DNA of 64,000 bases from a bacterium (GCA_044868695.1 JBIOWP010000084.1:11659-75658); one strand, 5' to 3'; positions 52,878 to 62,444 are shown, counted from the first letter of the stretch. Program-made: numbers and translations. The notes: generated by a model not told the origin, from the letters alone.

Positions 52878-54151
52878 GCTCCGTTCCGGGCCGCCGCGGT
52901 GAGGTGGGCGATGACCCGGTCCAGCGGAATGTCTTGCTGAGTCCCGGCCCGCATGTCCCGCACGCCAGCGCGCCGCCCGGCCACCTCCTGCTCGCCGAGA
53001 ATCACGGCGAACCGTGCCCCGAGACGGTCGGCCTGCTTCATCTGCGCACGGAGGCCGCGGTCGATCGTTTCACCCACCGCCCGCAGGCCGGCGGCGCGGA
53101 TACGGTCGAGCAGGCGGAAAGCTTCCCGCTCCGCCTCAGGGCCCACCGCGGCGACGAACACATCCAATCCGTCCACATGCGTGCGGGAGGGAATGTCGAG
53201 TCCTTCGGCGCGCAGGACGAGGAGCAGCCGCTCGATGCCCAGGCCGAACCCGACCCCCGGCGTGTGCGGGCCCCCAAGCTGCTCGGCGAGGCCGTCATAC
53301 CGCCCGCCGCCCAGCACCTGGTGCTGCGCCCCGCCGAGGCGGCCCGAGTGAATCTCAACCGCGGTGCGGGTGTAGTAGTCCAGCCCGCGCACGATGAACG
53401 GATCCTCGACGAATGGGATTTCCAGCGCCGCCAGCAACTGTTTCACGCCCTCGAAGTGCGCGCGGCAGGCATCGTCGAGGTAGGCGGTGATGCGGGGCGC
53501 GCCTTCGGCAATCGCGTGATCGGCCGGCACCTTGCACTCCAGGATCCGGAGCGGGTTGACATCCAGCCGGCGGGCGCAATCCTCGCACAGTGCGTCGCGA
53601 TGAGGCCGGAAATACTCCCGCAGCGCCTGCAGGTAGGCCGGCCGGCACACCGGATCGCCGACGGTGTTCAGGTGGACCTGCACCTCGGTGAGCCCCAGGC
53701 TCTGAATAAGCCTGATGGGCAGGCTGAGTACCTCGACGTCGGCCGTCGGGGACGGCGAGCCCAGAGCCTCCGCCCCGAACTGGTTATGCATCCGGTACCG
53801 GCCCTTCTGCGGCCGGTCGTACCGGAACATCGGGGCGACGTAGTAGAGCCGGACCGGCTGGGGCCATGAGGCCATGCCGTGCTCAAGGTAGGCGCGGACC
53901 ACCCCCGCCGTGCCTTCCGGCCGCAGGGTGAGACTCCGCCCGCCCCGGTCCGCAAACGTGTACATCTCCTTCTCGACGATGTCGGATGTCTCGCCGGCCG
54001 TCCGCTGGAACACCTCGGTCTGCTCGACGGGCGGCGTGCGGATCTCCCGGTACCCGTACCGGGCGGAGAACTCCCGGATGAGGGATTCCAGCGCCTGCCA
54101 CTGCGGTGTCTCGTCCGGAAGAATGTCGTGGATTCCTCGAGGAGCTTTCAT
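52874..54151 (-). CDS. hisS: histidine--tRNA ligase
   Basis: 425 aa. Class IIa motifs, canonical HisRS N-terminus MKAPRGIHDILPDE. Confidence 0.9.
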   Translation of the reverse strand: MKAPRGIHDILPDETPQWQALESLIREFSARYGYREIRTPPVEQTEVFQRTAGETSDIVEKEMYTFADRGGRSLTLRPEGTAGVVRAYLEHGMASWPQPVRLYYVAPMFRYDRPQKGRYRMHNQFGAEALGSPSPTADVEVLSLPIRLIQSLGLTEVQVHLNTVGDPVCRPAYLQALREYFRPHRDALCEDCARRLDVNPLRILECKVPADHAIAEGAPRITAYLDDACRAHFEGVKQLLAALEIPFVEDPFIVRGLDYYTRTAVEIHSGRLGGAQHQVLGGGRYDGLAEQLGGPHTPGVGFGLGIERLLLVLRAEGLDIPSRTHVDGLDVFVAAVGPEAEREAFRLLDRIRAAGLRAVGETIDRGLRAQMKQADRLGARFAVILGEQEVAGRRAGVRDMRAGTQQDIPLDRVIAHLTAAARNGA

Positions 54152-54170
54152 GCGCGTCTCCGCCCGGACT

Positions 54171-54280
54171 GAAATGAAAGACTCCCATCCCCATTCAGGG
54201 ACGGGAGCCGTCGCCCCTACTGGTCTCCGTCATCGCCGCACTGTGGATGGATTATACTAGGAAAGCCGCCGGACCGGCAA
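54171..54280 (-). promoter_or_regulatory. hisS-aspS promoter (TTGCCG, 18 bp spacer, TATAAT) and a short leader with alternative antiterminator/terminator hairpins
   Basis: Minus strand: TTGCCGgtccggcggctttcctagTATAAT. The leader contains GGGGCGACGG/CCGTCCCC overlapping CTCCCGTCCC-TGAAT-GGGGATGGGAG, followed by UCUUUCAUUUC just before the ATG. The leader is under 100 nt, too short for a T-box. Confidence 0.35.
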
Positions 54281-54314
54281 GAATGGTACACGCGGTTGAC
54301 GTGGGGGTGTGACG

Positions 54315-55022
54315 ATGCAGGCCATCATCCTGGCGGGCGGAAAGGGCGAACGGCTGCGGCCGTTCACGTCTGACCGGCCCAAGCCGATGGTGGAAATCCT
54401 CGGGATCCCGCTGTTGGGATACCAGCTCCAGTGGCTGCAGGCGCAGGGAGTCACCGAGATCATCATTGTCTGCGGCTACCGTCACGAGGTGATCCAGGAG
54501 TACTTTGGAGTGGGCGAGAAGTGGGGCGTGCAGATCCAGTACGCCGTGGAGCCCCAGCCCCTCGGACGCGGCGGCGCGCTCAAGCTCGGGTTCGGCCTCC
54601 TGCGCGCCGGCGAGGATGCCTGCCTGGCGACCAACGGCGATGTCCTCACTAACGTGCGGATCAAGAACCTGGTGCAGACCCACCGCGCCAGCAATTGCAT
54701 GGCGACCGTGATGCTGACGCCGTTTGTCAGCCAATACGGAATTGTTGAAGTGGACGCGGACGAGAAGATCGTCGCCTTCCGAGAGAAGCCGGAACTCCCC
54801 TATTGGATCAACGGCGGCATCTACGTCCTGTCGCGCGAGATCCAGAGCCTGCTCCCTGACCAGGGCGATCAAGAAGACACGACCTTCCCCCGCCTTGCCG
54901 CCGAGCACCAGCTGGCCGCGTACAAGTCCCGGTCCTACTGGCGCGCGGTGGACACGGTCAAAGACCTCTCCGAGGTCCACAAAGACCTTGAGCAGAGACT
55001 CTTGACGTCCTTCCTCGCCTAA
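54315..55022 (+). CDS. sugar-phosphate nucleotidyltransferase (NTP_transferase family, GCD1/mannose-1-phosphate guanylyltransferase-like)
   Basis: Start MQAIILAGGKGERLRPFT (G-x-G-x-R-L motif). The track ORF begins 2 codons earlier at a GTG. Confidence 0.8.
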   Translation: MQAIILAGGKGERLRPFTSDRPKPMVEILGIPLLGYQLQWLQAQGVTEIIIVCGYRHEVIQEYFGVGEKWGVQIQYAVEPQPLGRGGALKLGFGLLRAGEDACLATNGDVLTNVRIKNLVQTHRASNCMATVMLTPFVSQYGIVEVDADEKIVAFREKPELPYWINGGIYVLSREIQSLLPDQGDQEDTTFPRLAAEHQLAAYKSRSYWRAVDTVKDLSEVHKDLEQRLLTSFLA

Positions 55023-55026
55023 CTAA

Positions 55027-55109
55027 CGGAAACGGGAAGCAGGAAGCCCGGAAACGGGAAACGGGAATTGCCTGCCGGGCCGTTTCCCGCTTCCCGTTTC
55101 CCGCTTCCG
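55027..55109. repeat. tandem-heptamer inverted-repeat hairpin element (GGGAAAC/GGGAAGC units) between convergent genes
   Basis: Left arm cggaaacgggaagcaggaagcccggaaacgggaaacggg, 15-nt loop, right arm cgtttcccgcttcccgtttcccgcttccg. Abuts the amidase stop codon. Confidence 0.55.
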
Positions 55110-56489
55110 TCAGGTCAGCACGGGGCGCCGCAGGTGCCAGTCTGTCGCCTGCTGGTACGCGTGTCCCGCACGCAGCACCGTCGCGTCGGCGAACGGCTTG
55201 CCCACAATCTGGAGTCCGATAGGCAGGCCGCCCGACGTGAATCCGCAGGGAACGGACAGCGCGGGCAGCCCCGTGAGGTTGAACGGATTGGTGCACCGCG
55301 TGTACTCGGCGCTCATCGCGAGCGACGCGGCCGGCGCCTTCTCCTGGTCTTCTTCGATCGGCGCCGCTGGGACGGCGGTGGCGGGCGTCAGGATGAGGTC
55401 GACGCCCGCGATCGCCTCCAGGAATTCCCGCGTCAGGAAGCGCCGGGCGCGCAGCCCAATGAGATAATCGGCCGCGGAGAGGAACAGGCCGCGGTCCAGC
55501 CGGATGCGCACATCCGGTCCGTAGGCCTCCCCGTGCTCCCGAAGGCGTCGCTCATGGTACGCTGACGCTTCGGCCGTGAGCACCAGGGCCGAGGCGGCGC
55601 CGGCATCCGCGGCGTGCGGGATCGACACATCCGTCACCGCGGCTCCGAGACCGGCGAGGGTGCGGACCGCCTGCTGGCAGGCGGCACTCACTTCAGCGTC
55701 CACGCCGTCCCAAAAGAATTCCTTCGGGATGCCCACGCGCAGGCCGGCCATCCCTCGAGTGAGCTCTGAGGTCATCTGCGGCGTGCCAGCCAGGACGGAC
55801 AGGAGCAGCGCCGCGTCCGCCGCCGTGCGGGCGAGGGGTCCGAGATGGTCGAGGCTCCAGGCCAGCGGAACGACGCCGGCCGTCGGCACGACTCCGCGCG
55901 TCGGTTTCAGGCCCGTGACACCGCACAGCGACGCCGGAATGCGGATGGATCCGCCCGTGTCGCTGCCGAGCGCGGCGGCGCAGAAGCCGGCCGCGACGGC
56001 CGCGGCCGACCCTCCACTGGATCCCCCAGGAATGCGCGAGCGGTCCCAGGGATTGCGCACCGGGCCCATGTGCGGGTTGATGTTCGTGACGCCGTAGGCG
56101 AATTCGTGCAGGCCGGTTTTCCCGACGATCACGGCTCCGGCGGTGCGCAGGCGCGCCACCACCGGGGCGTCCTCCGCCGGGGTGGTGTGAAACCGGCGGT
56201 GCGCGCCGGATGTCGTGGGCACGCCGGCGATGTCGATGATGTCCTTGACGGCGATGGGAACGCCGGCGATCGGCGCCGGGGACCGGCCCGCGCGCACCGC
56301 GGCGTCGATCCGCCGCGCGGTCAGGAGCGCCTCTTCGGGCATCGGCCGGATGAAACTGTTCAAGAGACGGTCGGAGGAGGCGAGTTGCTCCAGGTGGGCT
56401 TCCGCCACATCCACCGCGGAGATGGATCCATTGCCCACCATCGAAGCGATCGTGGCCGCCGGCGCAAAGCACAGGTCGGCCGCGTTCAC
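55110..56489 (-). CDS. amidase-signature family amidase (GatA/AtzE-like)
   Basis: 459 aa. GGSSGGSAAAVAAG Gly/Ser-rich signature, Ser-cisSer-Lys triad context. Confidence 0.85.
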   Translation of the reverse strand: MNAADLCFAPAATIASMVGNGSISAVDVAEAHLEQLASSDRLLNSFIRPMPEEALLTARRIDAAVRAGRSPAPIAGVPIAVKDIIDIAGVPTTSGAHRRFHTTPAEDAPVVARLRTAGAVIVGKTGLHEFAYGVTNINPHMGPVRNPWDRSRIPGGSSGGSAAAVAAGFCAAALGSDTGGSIRIPASLCGVTGLKPTRGVVPTAGVVPLAWSLDHLGPLARTAADAALLLSVLAGTPQMTSELTRGMAGLRVGIPKEFFWDGVDAEVSAACQQAVRTLAGLGAAVTDVSIPHAADAGAASALVLTAEASAYHERRLREHGEAYGPDVRIRLDRGLFLSAADYLIGLRARRFLTREFLEAIAGVDLILTPATAVPAAPIEEDQEKAPAASLAMSAEYTRCTNPFNLTGLPALSVPCGFTSGGLPIGLQIVGKPFADATVLRAGHAYQQATDWHLRRPVLT

Positions 56490-56683
56490 GTAGGAGCGCC
56501 CCCCTCCGCCGGCGGTTCCTCGCCCAGGGCTAGCGCGTCGAGCCGGCGGACCAGCTCGTGCAGGCGGCGGACTTCGGGGAGCACCGCCTGGAGCCTCTCA
56601 CGCGAGAACTCATAACCGCGCGCGCGGGCCAGCGTCTCCAGCGCGTCGAGGGTCAGCTCCCGTCCCGCGGCGGGTTCCGTCAT
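56486..56683 (-). CDS. small GatC/AtzG-like (DUF4089-like) helical protein, probable partner subunit of the amidase
   Basis: 65 aa (MTEPAAGRELTLDALETLARARGYEFSRERLQAVLPEVRRLHELVRRLDAL...). ATG overlaps the upstream stop (ATGA) and its stop overlaps the amidase start. The track ORF is over-extended to 56875. Confidence 0.5.
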   Translation of the reverse strand: MTEPAAGRELTLDALETLARARGYEFSRERLQAVLPEVRRLHELVRRLDALALGEEPPAEGGAPT

Positions 56684-57294
56684 GACATCGGCGTGCCGAT
56701 GTTGATGCCGGCGACGACCGTGCCGTAGGTCGTTTCCCGGCAGGCCGAGAGCCCTCCGGTTCCGATCTCCAGTGCGCGGATCCCGTTCAGCGGGGCGTGC
56801 AGCAGCCGACAGAGCAGCGCCGACAGCGGATCCTGGTGCGAGACCAGCACCCCGGGCTCGCCGCGCCCTGCCCACTCCCGGTACGCAATTTCCATGCGGT
56901 CGGCCACCTGGTCAAGGCGCTCAGCCCCGTCAAGGCGCAGGTCGTCGGGGCGCTCCCGCCAGGTGCTCCACTGTGCGGGGTACCTCCGCTGGATCTCCGC
57001 AATCTCCATCCCTTCCCAGGGACCGAAGCGCCACTCGATGAGCCGGTCGTCGGGTTTCACCGTCAGGCCGTGCTCACGAGCGATGATGTCCGCGGTCTGC
57101 ATCGTGCGCTGGAGGGGGCTGCTGGCCACCCAGGCGAGCGGTTCGCCGGCCAGCCGCATCGCGAGGTGAGTCGCTTCGCGAATCCCCTGCTCGTTCAATC
57201 CGACCCCGGGCAGCGTGCCGGCCAGGCGGCCGTGGTCCGGCCGCAGCCAGTCGTGCATGCCGTGGCGCGCCAGATACACCGTTGTCTCCGGCAT
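56680..57294 (-). CDS. histidine phosphatase family protein (phosphoglycerate-mutase-like)
   Basis: 204 aa. RHG motif (LARHGMHDW), second catalytic His in SHQD. Confidence 0.75.
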   Translation of the reverse strand: MPETTVYLARHGMHDWLRPDHGRLAGTLPGVGLNEQGIREATHLAMRLAGEPLAWVASSPLQRTMQTADIIAREHGLTVKPDDRLIEWRFGPWEGMEIAEIQRRYPAQWSTWRERPDDLRLDGAERLDQVADRMEIAYREWAGRGEPGVLVSHQDPLSALLCRLLHAPLNGIRALEIGTGGLSACRETTYGTVVAGINIGTPMS

Positions 57295-57312
57295 CTGCTC
57301 CCGGGGGCGCGG

Positions 57313-58485
57313 CTACGCGATGCCGTCCCGTTCGAGGTCGGCAATGGCGGCCACCACGCGCGCACACTCGTCCGGGGTGTTGTAAAAGTACGGCGACAGG
57401 CGCACGATGCCGGGCCGGGCGTCGGCGATGATGCCCCGGCGGGCGAGCGCGGAGACGACCGCGCGTGGATCCGTCCGCGGCACCGTGACGATGCCGGCAT
57501 GCGCCTCGCCGCGGCCGCCGACACGGGGCCGGAGGTGACGGGTGCGGGCCGCGTCGATCACGACCTCCAGCAACTCCACCTGGCGCCGCCGGATCCGCGG
57601 GACACCGATCTCTTCCACCATCTCCAATCCCGCACTTCCCGCATAGATGGCCGCCACCGATGGCGTGCCTCCCTCAAACCGTCGCGCGCCGTCCGCGTAG
57701 TCGAAGTGATGAATGTCAAAGGCGAACTGGTCGCGGTGCGCGAACCAGCCGACGTCACTCGGCCGCAGCCGGCCGGCCAGGTCTCGCCGGACGTACAGAT
57801 AGGCGATCCCTGGTCCCCCCAGCAACCACTTCAGCCCGCCTGTGATCAGAAAGTCGACCCCGGTCGCGTGCACGTCGGTGGGAAGCTGTCCGGTGGCGTG
57901 GTAGGCGTCGATGAGGCTGTGCGCGCCGCGTTCACGCGCGATGCGTGCCAGTGCGGCGATGTCCTGAATCACTCCGCTGGTGAAGTACACGTGCGATGCC
58001 ACGAGCAGCTGCGTCCGCTCGTCTGTCGCCTGCTCGTACAGGTCGATGGGCACGGAGAGCTGGTCGGGGCTGCGCAGCATGTGCAGCGCGACCCCCTCCC
58101 GTTCCTTGACGAGCCACTGGTACACCGTGGTCGGGAACTCCAAGTCGCTGATGACGACCTTTGGTCTGGCGCGGTAGTCGAAGGCGCTGGCTACCGCCGT
58201 GAGCGCCGCGGTCACCGATGGGAACAGGGCCACTTCGTCGGGGGCGGCTCCGATGAGGCCCGCGAAGCGCTCCCGCAGCCGCTCGATCTCATCGTGCCAC
58301 GGTCCGTGCCACGCCGCGGCGCCCGACGCATCCCACAACTCGACGAACCGGCGTACCGCGGCGGCGACACGGGTCGACACCGCACCCAGCGAGCAGGAGT
58401 TGAAATAGGTCGTGCGCTCGAAGATAGGAAATTCCGCGCGGTAGGCGTCCCACGCGACAGCCACCGGAGGTGCGGTCTTCTCCAT
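57313..58485 (-). CDS. class V aminotransferase-fold PLP-dependent enzyme (kynureninase / cysteine-desulfurase-like)
   Basis: 390 aa. PLP-Lys region ITGGLKWLLGGPG. Confidence 0.8.
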   Translation of the reverse strand: MEKTAPPVAVAWDAYRAEFPIFERTTYFNSCSLGAVSTRVAAAVRRFVELWDASGAAAWHGPWHDEIERLRERFAGLIGAAPDEVALFPSVTAALTAVASAFDYRARPKVVISDLEFPTTVYQWLVKEREGVALHMLRSPDQLSVPIDLYEQATDERTQLLVASHVYFTSGVIQDIAALARIARERGAHSLIDAYHATGQLPTDVHATGVDFLITGGLKWLLGGPGIAYLYVRRDLAGRLRPSDVGWFAHRDQFAFDIHHFDYADGARRFEGGTPSVAAIYAGSAGLEMVEEIGVPRIRRRQVELLEVVIDAARTRHLRPRVGGRGEAHAGIVTVPRTDPRAVVSALARRGIIADARPGIVRLSPYFYNTPDECARVVAAIADLERDGIA

Positions 58486-58508
58486 CCCGCTACGGGCTCT
58501 CCACCTGT

Positions 58509-59696
58509 TCAGCGCTTCAACTTTGCAACGGCCTTGGGAAGACGGGCCAGGCGCCGGGCAACGTCATCGAACGTTTCTTCGCGCTTGGGATAGGCGAAGC
58601 GGATGTAGCGCCTGCCCCGCGCCGGGTCATGGAAGAAACTGCTGCCGGGGACCGTCGCCACCCCGACGTCTTTGACCAGAAACTGCGTGAACGCGACGTC
58701 GTCGTCGCCGAACCCGCCGATATCGGCCATGATGTAGTATGCGCCCCGGGGCACGATCGGCTGGAATCCGGTCTCCTGCAGAATCCCCAGCAGCCGGTCC
58801 CGTTTGCGGCGGTACATCGCGGCCAGATCGGCGTAGTACTGGCGGGGAAAGTGCAGGGCCGTGACGGCGGCCTCCTGCAGCGGCGCCGCGGCGCCGACGG
58901 TGAGGAAGTCGTGCGCCTTGCGGATCGCGGTGGTGATGTCGGCGTTCTTGCAGATCGTCCACCCGACGCGCCACCCGGTCACACTGTACGTCTTGCTCGC
59001 GCTGTTGATCGTCACCGTTCGCTCCGCCATCCCCGGGAGCGACGCCAGGCTGATGTGCCGGCGGTCATCGTAGAGGAGGTGTTCGTACACTTCATCTGTC
59101 ACCGCGAGCGCGTCGTGGCGAACGCACAGGTCGGCGATCAGCTCGAGCTCGGCGCGCGTGAACACTTTCCCGGTGGGGTTGTGAGGGGTGTTGACGATGA
59201 CCGCTTTGGTCCTGGGCGAGAAGGCCCGGCGGAGGTCCTCCGGGTCGAACCGGAACTCCGGATCGTCAAGGTGCATCGCCACGTACCGCGGCGACGCCCC
59301 GGTCAGGGCGGCGTCCGGCCCGTAATTTTCGTAGAAGGGCTCGAAGATGATGACCTCGTCGCCCGGGTCGATGATGGCGAGCAGCGTGGCCATCATGGCT
59401 TCCGTCGCGCCGCAAGTGACGGTGAGGTGGCGCTCGGGATCCACCTCGACCCCGTTGTACCAGGCGAACTTTTCGGCAATCGCCTGCCGCAACCGGGCCG
59501 AGCCCCAGGTGATGGCGTACTGGTTGTGCCCCTCCCGCAGCGCCTTCGCGGCCGCGTCCAGCAGCTCTGCCGGCGGCTCGAAGTCCGGGAAGCCCTGCGC
59601 GAGGTTGACGCCGCCGTGGAGGGCGTTGAGGCGGGTCATCTCGCGGATGACCGATTCCGTAAACACGCCCACCCGGGCCGCCGTGCTGCGCTTCAC
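58509..59696 (-). CDS. class I/II PLP-dependent aminotransferase (aspartate / methionine / kynurenine aminotransferase-like)
   Basis: 395 aa. NLAQGFPDF N-terminal motif, SASKTYSVTGWRVGW PLP-Lys motif. Confidence 0.85.
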   Translation of the reverse strand: MKRSTAARVGVFTESVIREMTRLNALHGGVNLAQGFPDFEPPAELLDAAAKALREGHNQYAITWGSARLRQAIAEKFAWYNGVEVDPERHLTVTCGATEAMMATLLAIIDPGDEVIIFEPFYENYGPDAALTGASPRYVAMHLDDPEFRFDPEDLRRAFSPRTKAVIVNTPHNPTGKVFTRAELELIADLCVRHDALAVTDEVYEHLLYDDRRHISLASLPGMAERTVTINSASKTYSVTGWRVGWTICKNADITTAIRKAHDFLTVGAAAPLQEAAVTALHFPRQYYADLAAMYRRKRDRLLGILQETGFQPIVPRGAYYIMADIGGFGDDDVAFTQFLVKDVGVATVPGSSFFHDPARGRRYIRFAYPKREETFDDVARRLARLPKAVAKLKR

Positions 59697-59763
59697 AAGA
59701 CCCTCCGCCCTGACGAAAAGTACGCTTCAGGCATTTAGACGCGTGGGCGGGGGAACCTTCCGT

Positions 59764-60159
59764 TCACGCCTGTCCAAGGAGTTGTTTGACGAGCTCGCGG
59801 GCGTCGTAGTAGACGCGCTGCCGGCGGATCGCCCCGGCAGCGACGTCGACGAACATCGCGAATCGGTGCCGGTAGGTCGGGGCGTCTGCGGGGATCCTTC
59901 CGGGAATGCGCAGGTGCAGGGTGCGGTGGCGCCCGGTGACTGTGCCCTCCACCGCGGCCGCGTTCCCGGAAACGATGACCGCCTCGTAGGTGCTGGTCTC
60001 GTCCCAGTTCTCAAAGAATGATGCAAACGCCCGCCGGATCTTGTCCTTCCCTTCCATCCGCGGGCTGGCTGGGAACTCCAGGATGGCCCCGTCCGCGTAA
60101 AAGGTCATCAACCGGTCCAGGTCCCGGTGGTTGAGCGCGTCGAGGTAGGCCACCAGCAT
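59764..60159 (-). CDS. SnoaL-like / NTF2-like small protein (ketosteroid-isomerase fold)
   Basis: Only the C-terminal 131 aa of the 454-aa track ORF (from MLVAYLDALNHRDLDRLMTFYADGAILEF) is plausible. The rest is antisense to relA. Confidence 0.55.
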   Translation of the reverse strand: MLVAYLDALNHRDLDRLMTFYADGAILEFPASPRMEGKDKIRRAFASFFENWDETSTYEAVIVSGNAAAVEGTVTGRHRTLHLRIPGRIPADAPTYRHRFAMFVDVAAGAIRRQRVYYDARELVKQLLGQA

Positions 60160-60239
60160 CCGTTGGAGATCGCCCGGCGGCGCGGCCAGCCCGTGCGCCG
60201 ATGACTTGGGCGTCCGCGGAGTCTTGCGCGAGGCGCGGG

Positions 60240-62444
60240 TCACGAGTGCACCACGCGGTCGACGGAGTACACCTCGGGGACTTTGCCGACCTTCTGCATC
60301 ACCGCGTGCAGCTGCGCGACGTTGCGGATGTCCAGGACGACGTTGATGACCCCGACTTTGTCCTTGCGCACGCGGGCGTTGACCGAGACCACGTTGGTCT
60401 TGCTGTCCGCGATCGCCGCCAGGACGTCTTTCAACAGCCCCACCCGATCGAACGCCGCCACTTCGATTTCCACCTGGTAGGATCCTTCGGGGATAGACTC
60501 CCATTCGACCTCGATCACGCGCTCCGGATGGGTACGCAGCGAGTCCACGTTCGGGCAGTCCTGGCGATGGATCGTGACGCCTCGCCCGCGCGTGACGTAT
60601 CCGACAATGCGGTCGCCGGGCAGCGGCGTGCAGCAGCGCGAGAAGCGCGTCAGTACGTTGTCGGCGCCGCGTACGCGTACGCCTGCGGGCGATGGAGCCG
60701 GCGCGGTGGGCATGGGCGCCGCCGCGGGTGGGGCTTCGGCGGCGCGCGGTTCCCCGCGCAGGGCGGTGATGACGGACAGCAGCGAGATGTCGCCGTTGCC
60801 CAGGGCCGCGAGCAGTTCCTCTTCTGACGGCAGGTCGAATGCCGGCGCGGCGTCCCGCAGCTTGTCCGGCTTCATCAGAGCGGTGAGCGCCCCCAGCCTC
60901 CGGAGCTCCTTCTCCAGCATCTCCCGGCCCCGCTGGATGTTCTCGTCGCGCGCCTCCTTCTTGAACCACTGCCGGATCTTCGTCCGGGCGTTGTTGGTGG
61001 TGACGAACGCCAGCCAGTCCCGGCTGGGGCCCGCGCTGGTCTTGCTCGTCACGACTTCCACGATGTCGCCGGTGCGGAGACGGTACGACAGCGGCACGAG
61101 CCGCCCGCTCACCTTGGCGCCGACGCACCGGTGGCCGACGTCGGTGTGGATCCGGTACGCGAAGTCGACCGGCGTGGCACCGGACGGCAGGTCGATGACG
61201 TCGCCCTTGGGGGTGAAGACGAATACCTCGTTCTGGAAGAGATCCAGCTTGACCGACTGCACAAACGTCCGGGCGTCCTGCAGTTCCGAGTGCCAGTCCA
61301 GCAGGTGCCGCAGCCAGGACAGCTTCTGCTCGAACTCTCGTTCTGCCGGTTTGCCTTCCTTATATTTCCAGTGCGCCGCAATGCCGTGCTCGGCCTCGCG
61401 GTGCATCTGGAGGGTGCGAATCTGGATCTCCAGCGGCTCGCCTTCGTAGAGCACGGTGGTGTGGAGGGACTGGTACCCGCTGGTCTTCGGGTTCGCGATG
61501 TAGTCGTCGAACTCGCCGGGGATGGGCTTCCAGAGGGAGTGCACGACGCCCAGCGCCGCGTAGCATTCCTTTACGTCGTCCACGATGGCGCGGACACCCA
61601 GGCGATCGTAGATGCGGGCCACCGGCTGGCCGGCGTACTTGGGGCGCTGCATCTTGCGCCAGATGCTGTACACGTGCTTCGGCCGGGCGGTGATCTGCTC
61701 GCGGCCCACGCTGAGACCGGCGCGGTTCAACTCCCGGTGGAGGGTCTCGGCCACCTGCTCGAGGAACTGGGCGCGGGTCGCCTCGGCCTGCGCCAGCTGA
61801 CTCTTGATTTCCTGGAACGGCTCCGCCTGCAGGACGCCGAACGCGAGGTCCTCCAGTTCCCGCTGGATTGTCCCGATCCCCAGCCGTTCTGCCAGCGGCG
61901 CGTAGATATCGAGGGTTTCCTGGCTGGTGCGCCGCTGCTTCCACTCGGGCAGGTACTGGATGGTGCGCATGTTGTGCAGGCGGTCGGCCAGCTTGATGAG
62001 CACGATCCTAATGTCGCTGGCCATCGCCAGGAACATCTTCCGCAGGTTTTCCGCCTGCCGTTCCTCACGGCTCATCCACTCAATCTTCCCGAGCTTGGTG
62101 ACCCCGTCCACCAGGGCGGCAATCTCGAGCCCGAAGTGTTCCTGAACTTCTTTGAGCGTGACGCCGGTGTCTTCGGCGACGTCGTGCAGCAGCGCGGAGG
62201 CGACCGTCACGGGGTCCAGCCGCAGATCGACCAGGGTGGAGGCGACGGCGAGAGAGTGGTTGATATACGGCTCCCCGGAGGCGCGGGTCTGCGTCCGGTG
62301 GGCGTGTGCCGCGAAGGCATACGCCGCGCGGATGACATCCAGGTCTGCTTTGGGGAAGTGCTCGCGCATCTTCGCCAGCAGGGCCTGAATGTCGGCCGGC
62401 AGGTCCCGGAACGCGTCCGTTTGTCGAGCCTGCAGCCACTTCAT
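60240..62444 (-). CDS. relA: bifunctional (p)ppGpp synthetase/hydrolase Rel
   Basis: 734 aa. Intact HD hydrolase motif (HDVAED), synthetase domain, TGS and ACT domains. Confidence 0.95.
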   Translation of the reverse strand: MKWLQARQTDAFRDLPADIQALLAKMREHFPKADLDVIRAAYAFAAHAHRTQTRASGEPYINHSLAVASTLVDLRLDPVTVASALLHDVAEDTGVTLKEVQEHFGLEIAALVDGVTKLGKIEWMSREERQAENLRKMFLAMASDIRIVLIKLADRLHNMRTIQYLPEWKQRRTSQETLDIYAPLAERLGIGTIQRELEDLAFGVLQAEPFQEIKSQLAQAEATRAQFLEQVAETLHRELNRAGLSVGREQITARPKHVYSIWRKMQRPKYAGQPVARIYDRLGVRAIVDDVKECYAALGVVHSLWKPIPGEFDDYIANPKTSGYQSLHTTVLYEGEPLEIQIRTLQMHREAEHGIAAHWKYKEGKPAEREFEQKLSWLRHLLDWHSELQDARTFVQSVKLDLFQNEVFVFTPKGDVIDLPSGATPVDFAYRIHTDVGHRCVGAKVSGRLVPLSYRLRTGDIVEVVTSKTSAGPSRDWLAFVTTNNARTKIRQWFKKEARDENIQRGREMLEKELRRLGALTALMKPDKLRDAAPAFDLPSEEELLAALGNGDISLLSVITALRGEPRAAEAPPAAAPMPTAPAPSPAGVRVRGADNVLTRFSRCCTPLPGDRIVGYVTRGRGVTIHRQDCPNVDSLRTHPERVIEVEWESIPEGSYQVEIEVAAFDRVGLLKDVLAAIADSKTNVVSVNARVRKDKVGVINVVLDIRNVAQLHAVMQKVGKVPEVYSVDRVVHS

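Noticed and set aside
54152-54310. T-box riboswitch upstream of hisS (and of asnS at 36543..36766)
   Set aside because: Leaders are about 95 nt and about 100 nt at most. No AGGGTGGNACCGCG-like T-box sequence or specifier-loop architecture is present.
60160-61128. N-terminal 320 residues of the 454-aa ORF 59764..61128
   Set aside because: This part overlaps relA on the same strand in another frame and is extremely Arg-rich. Only the last 131 codons (SnoaL-like domain, start 60159) look like a gene.
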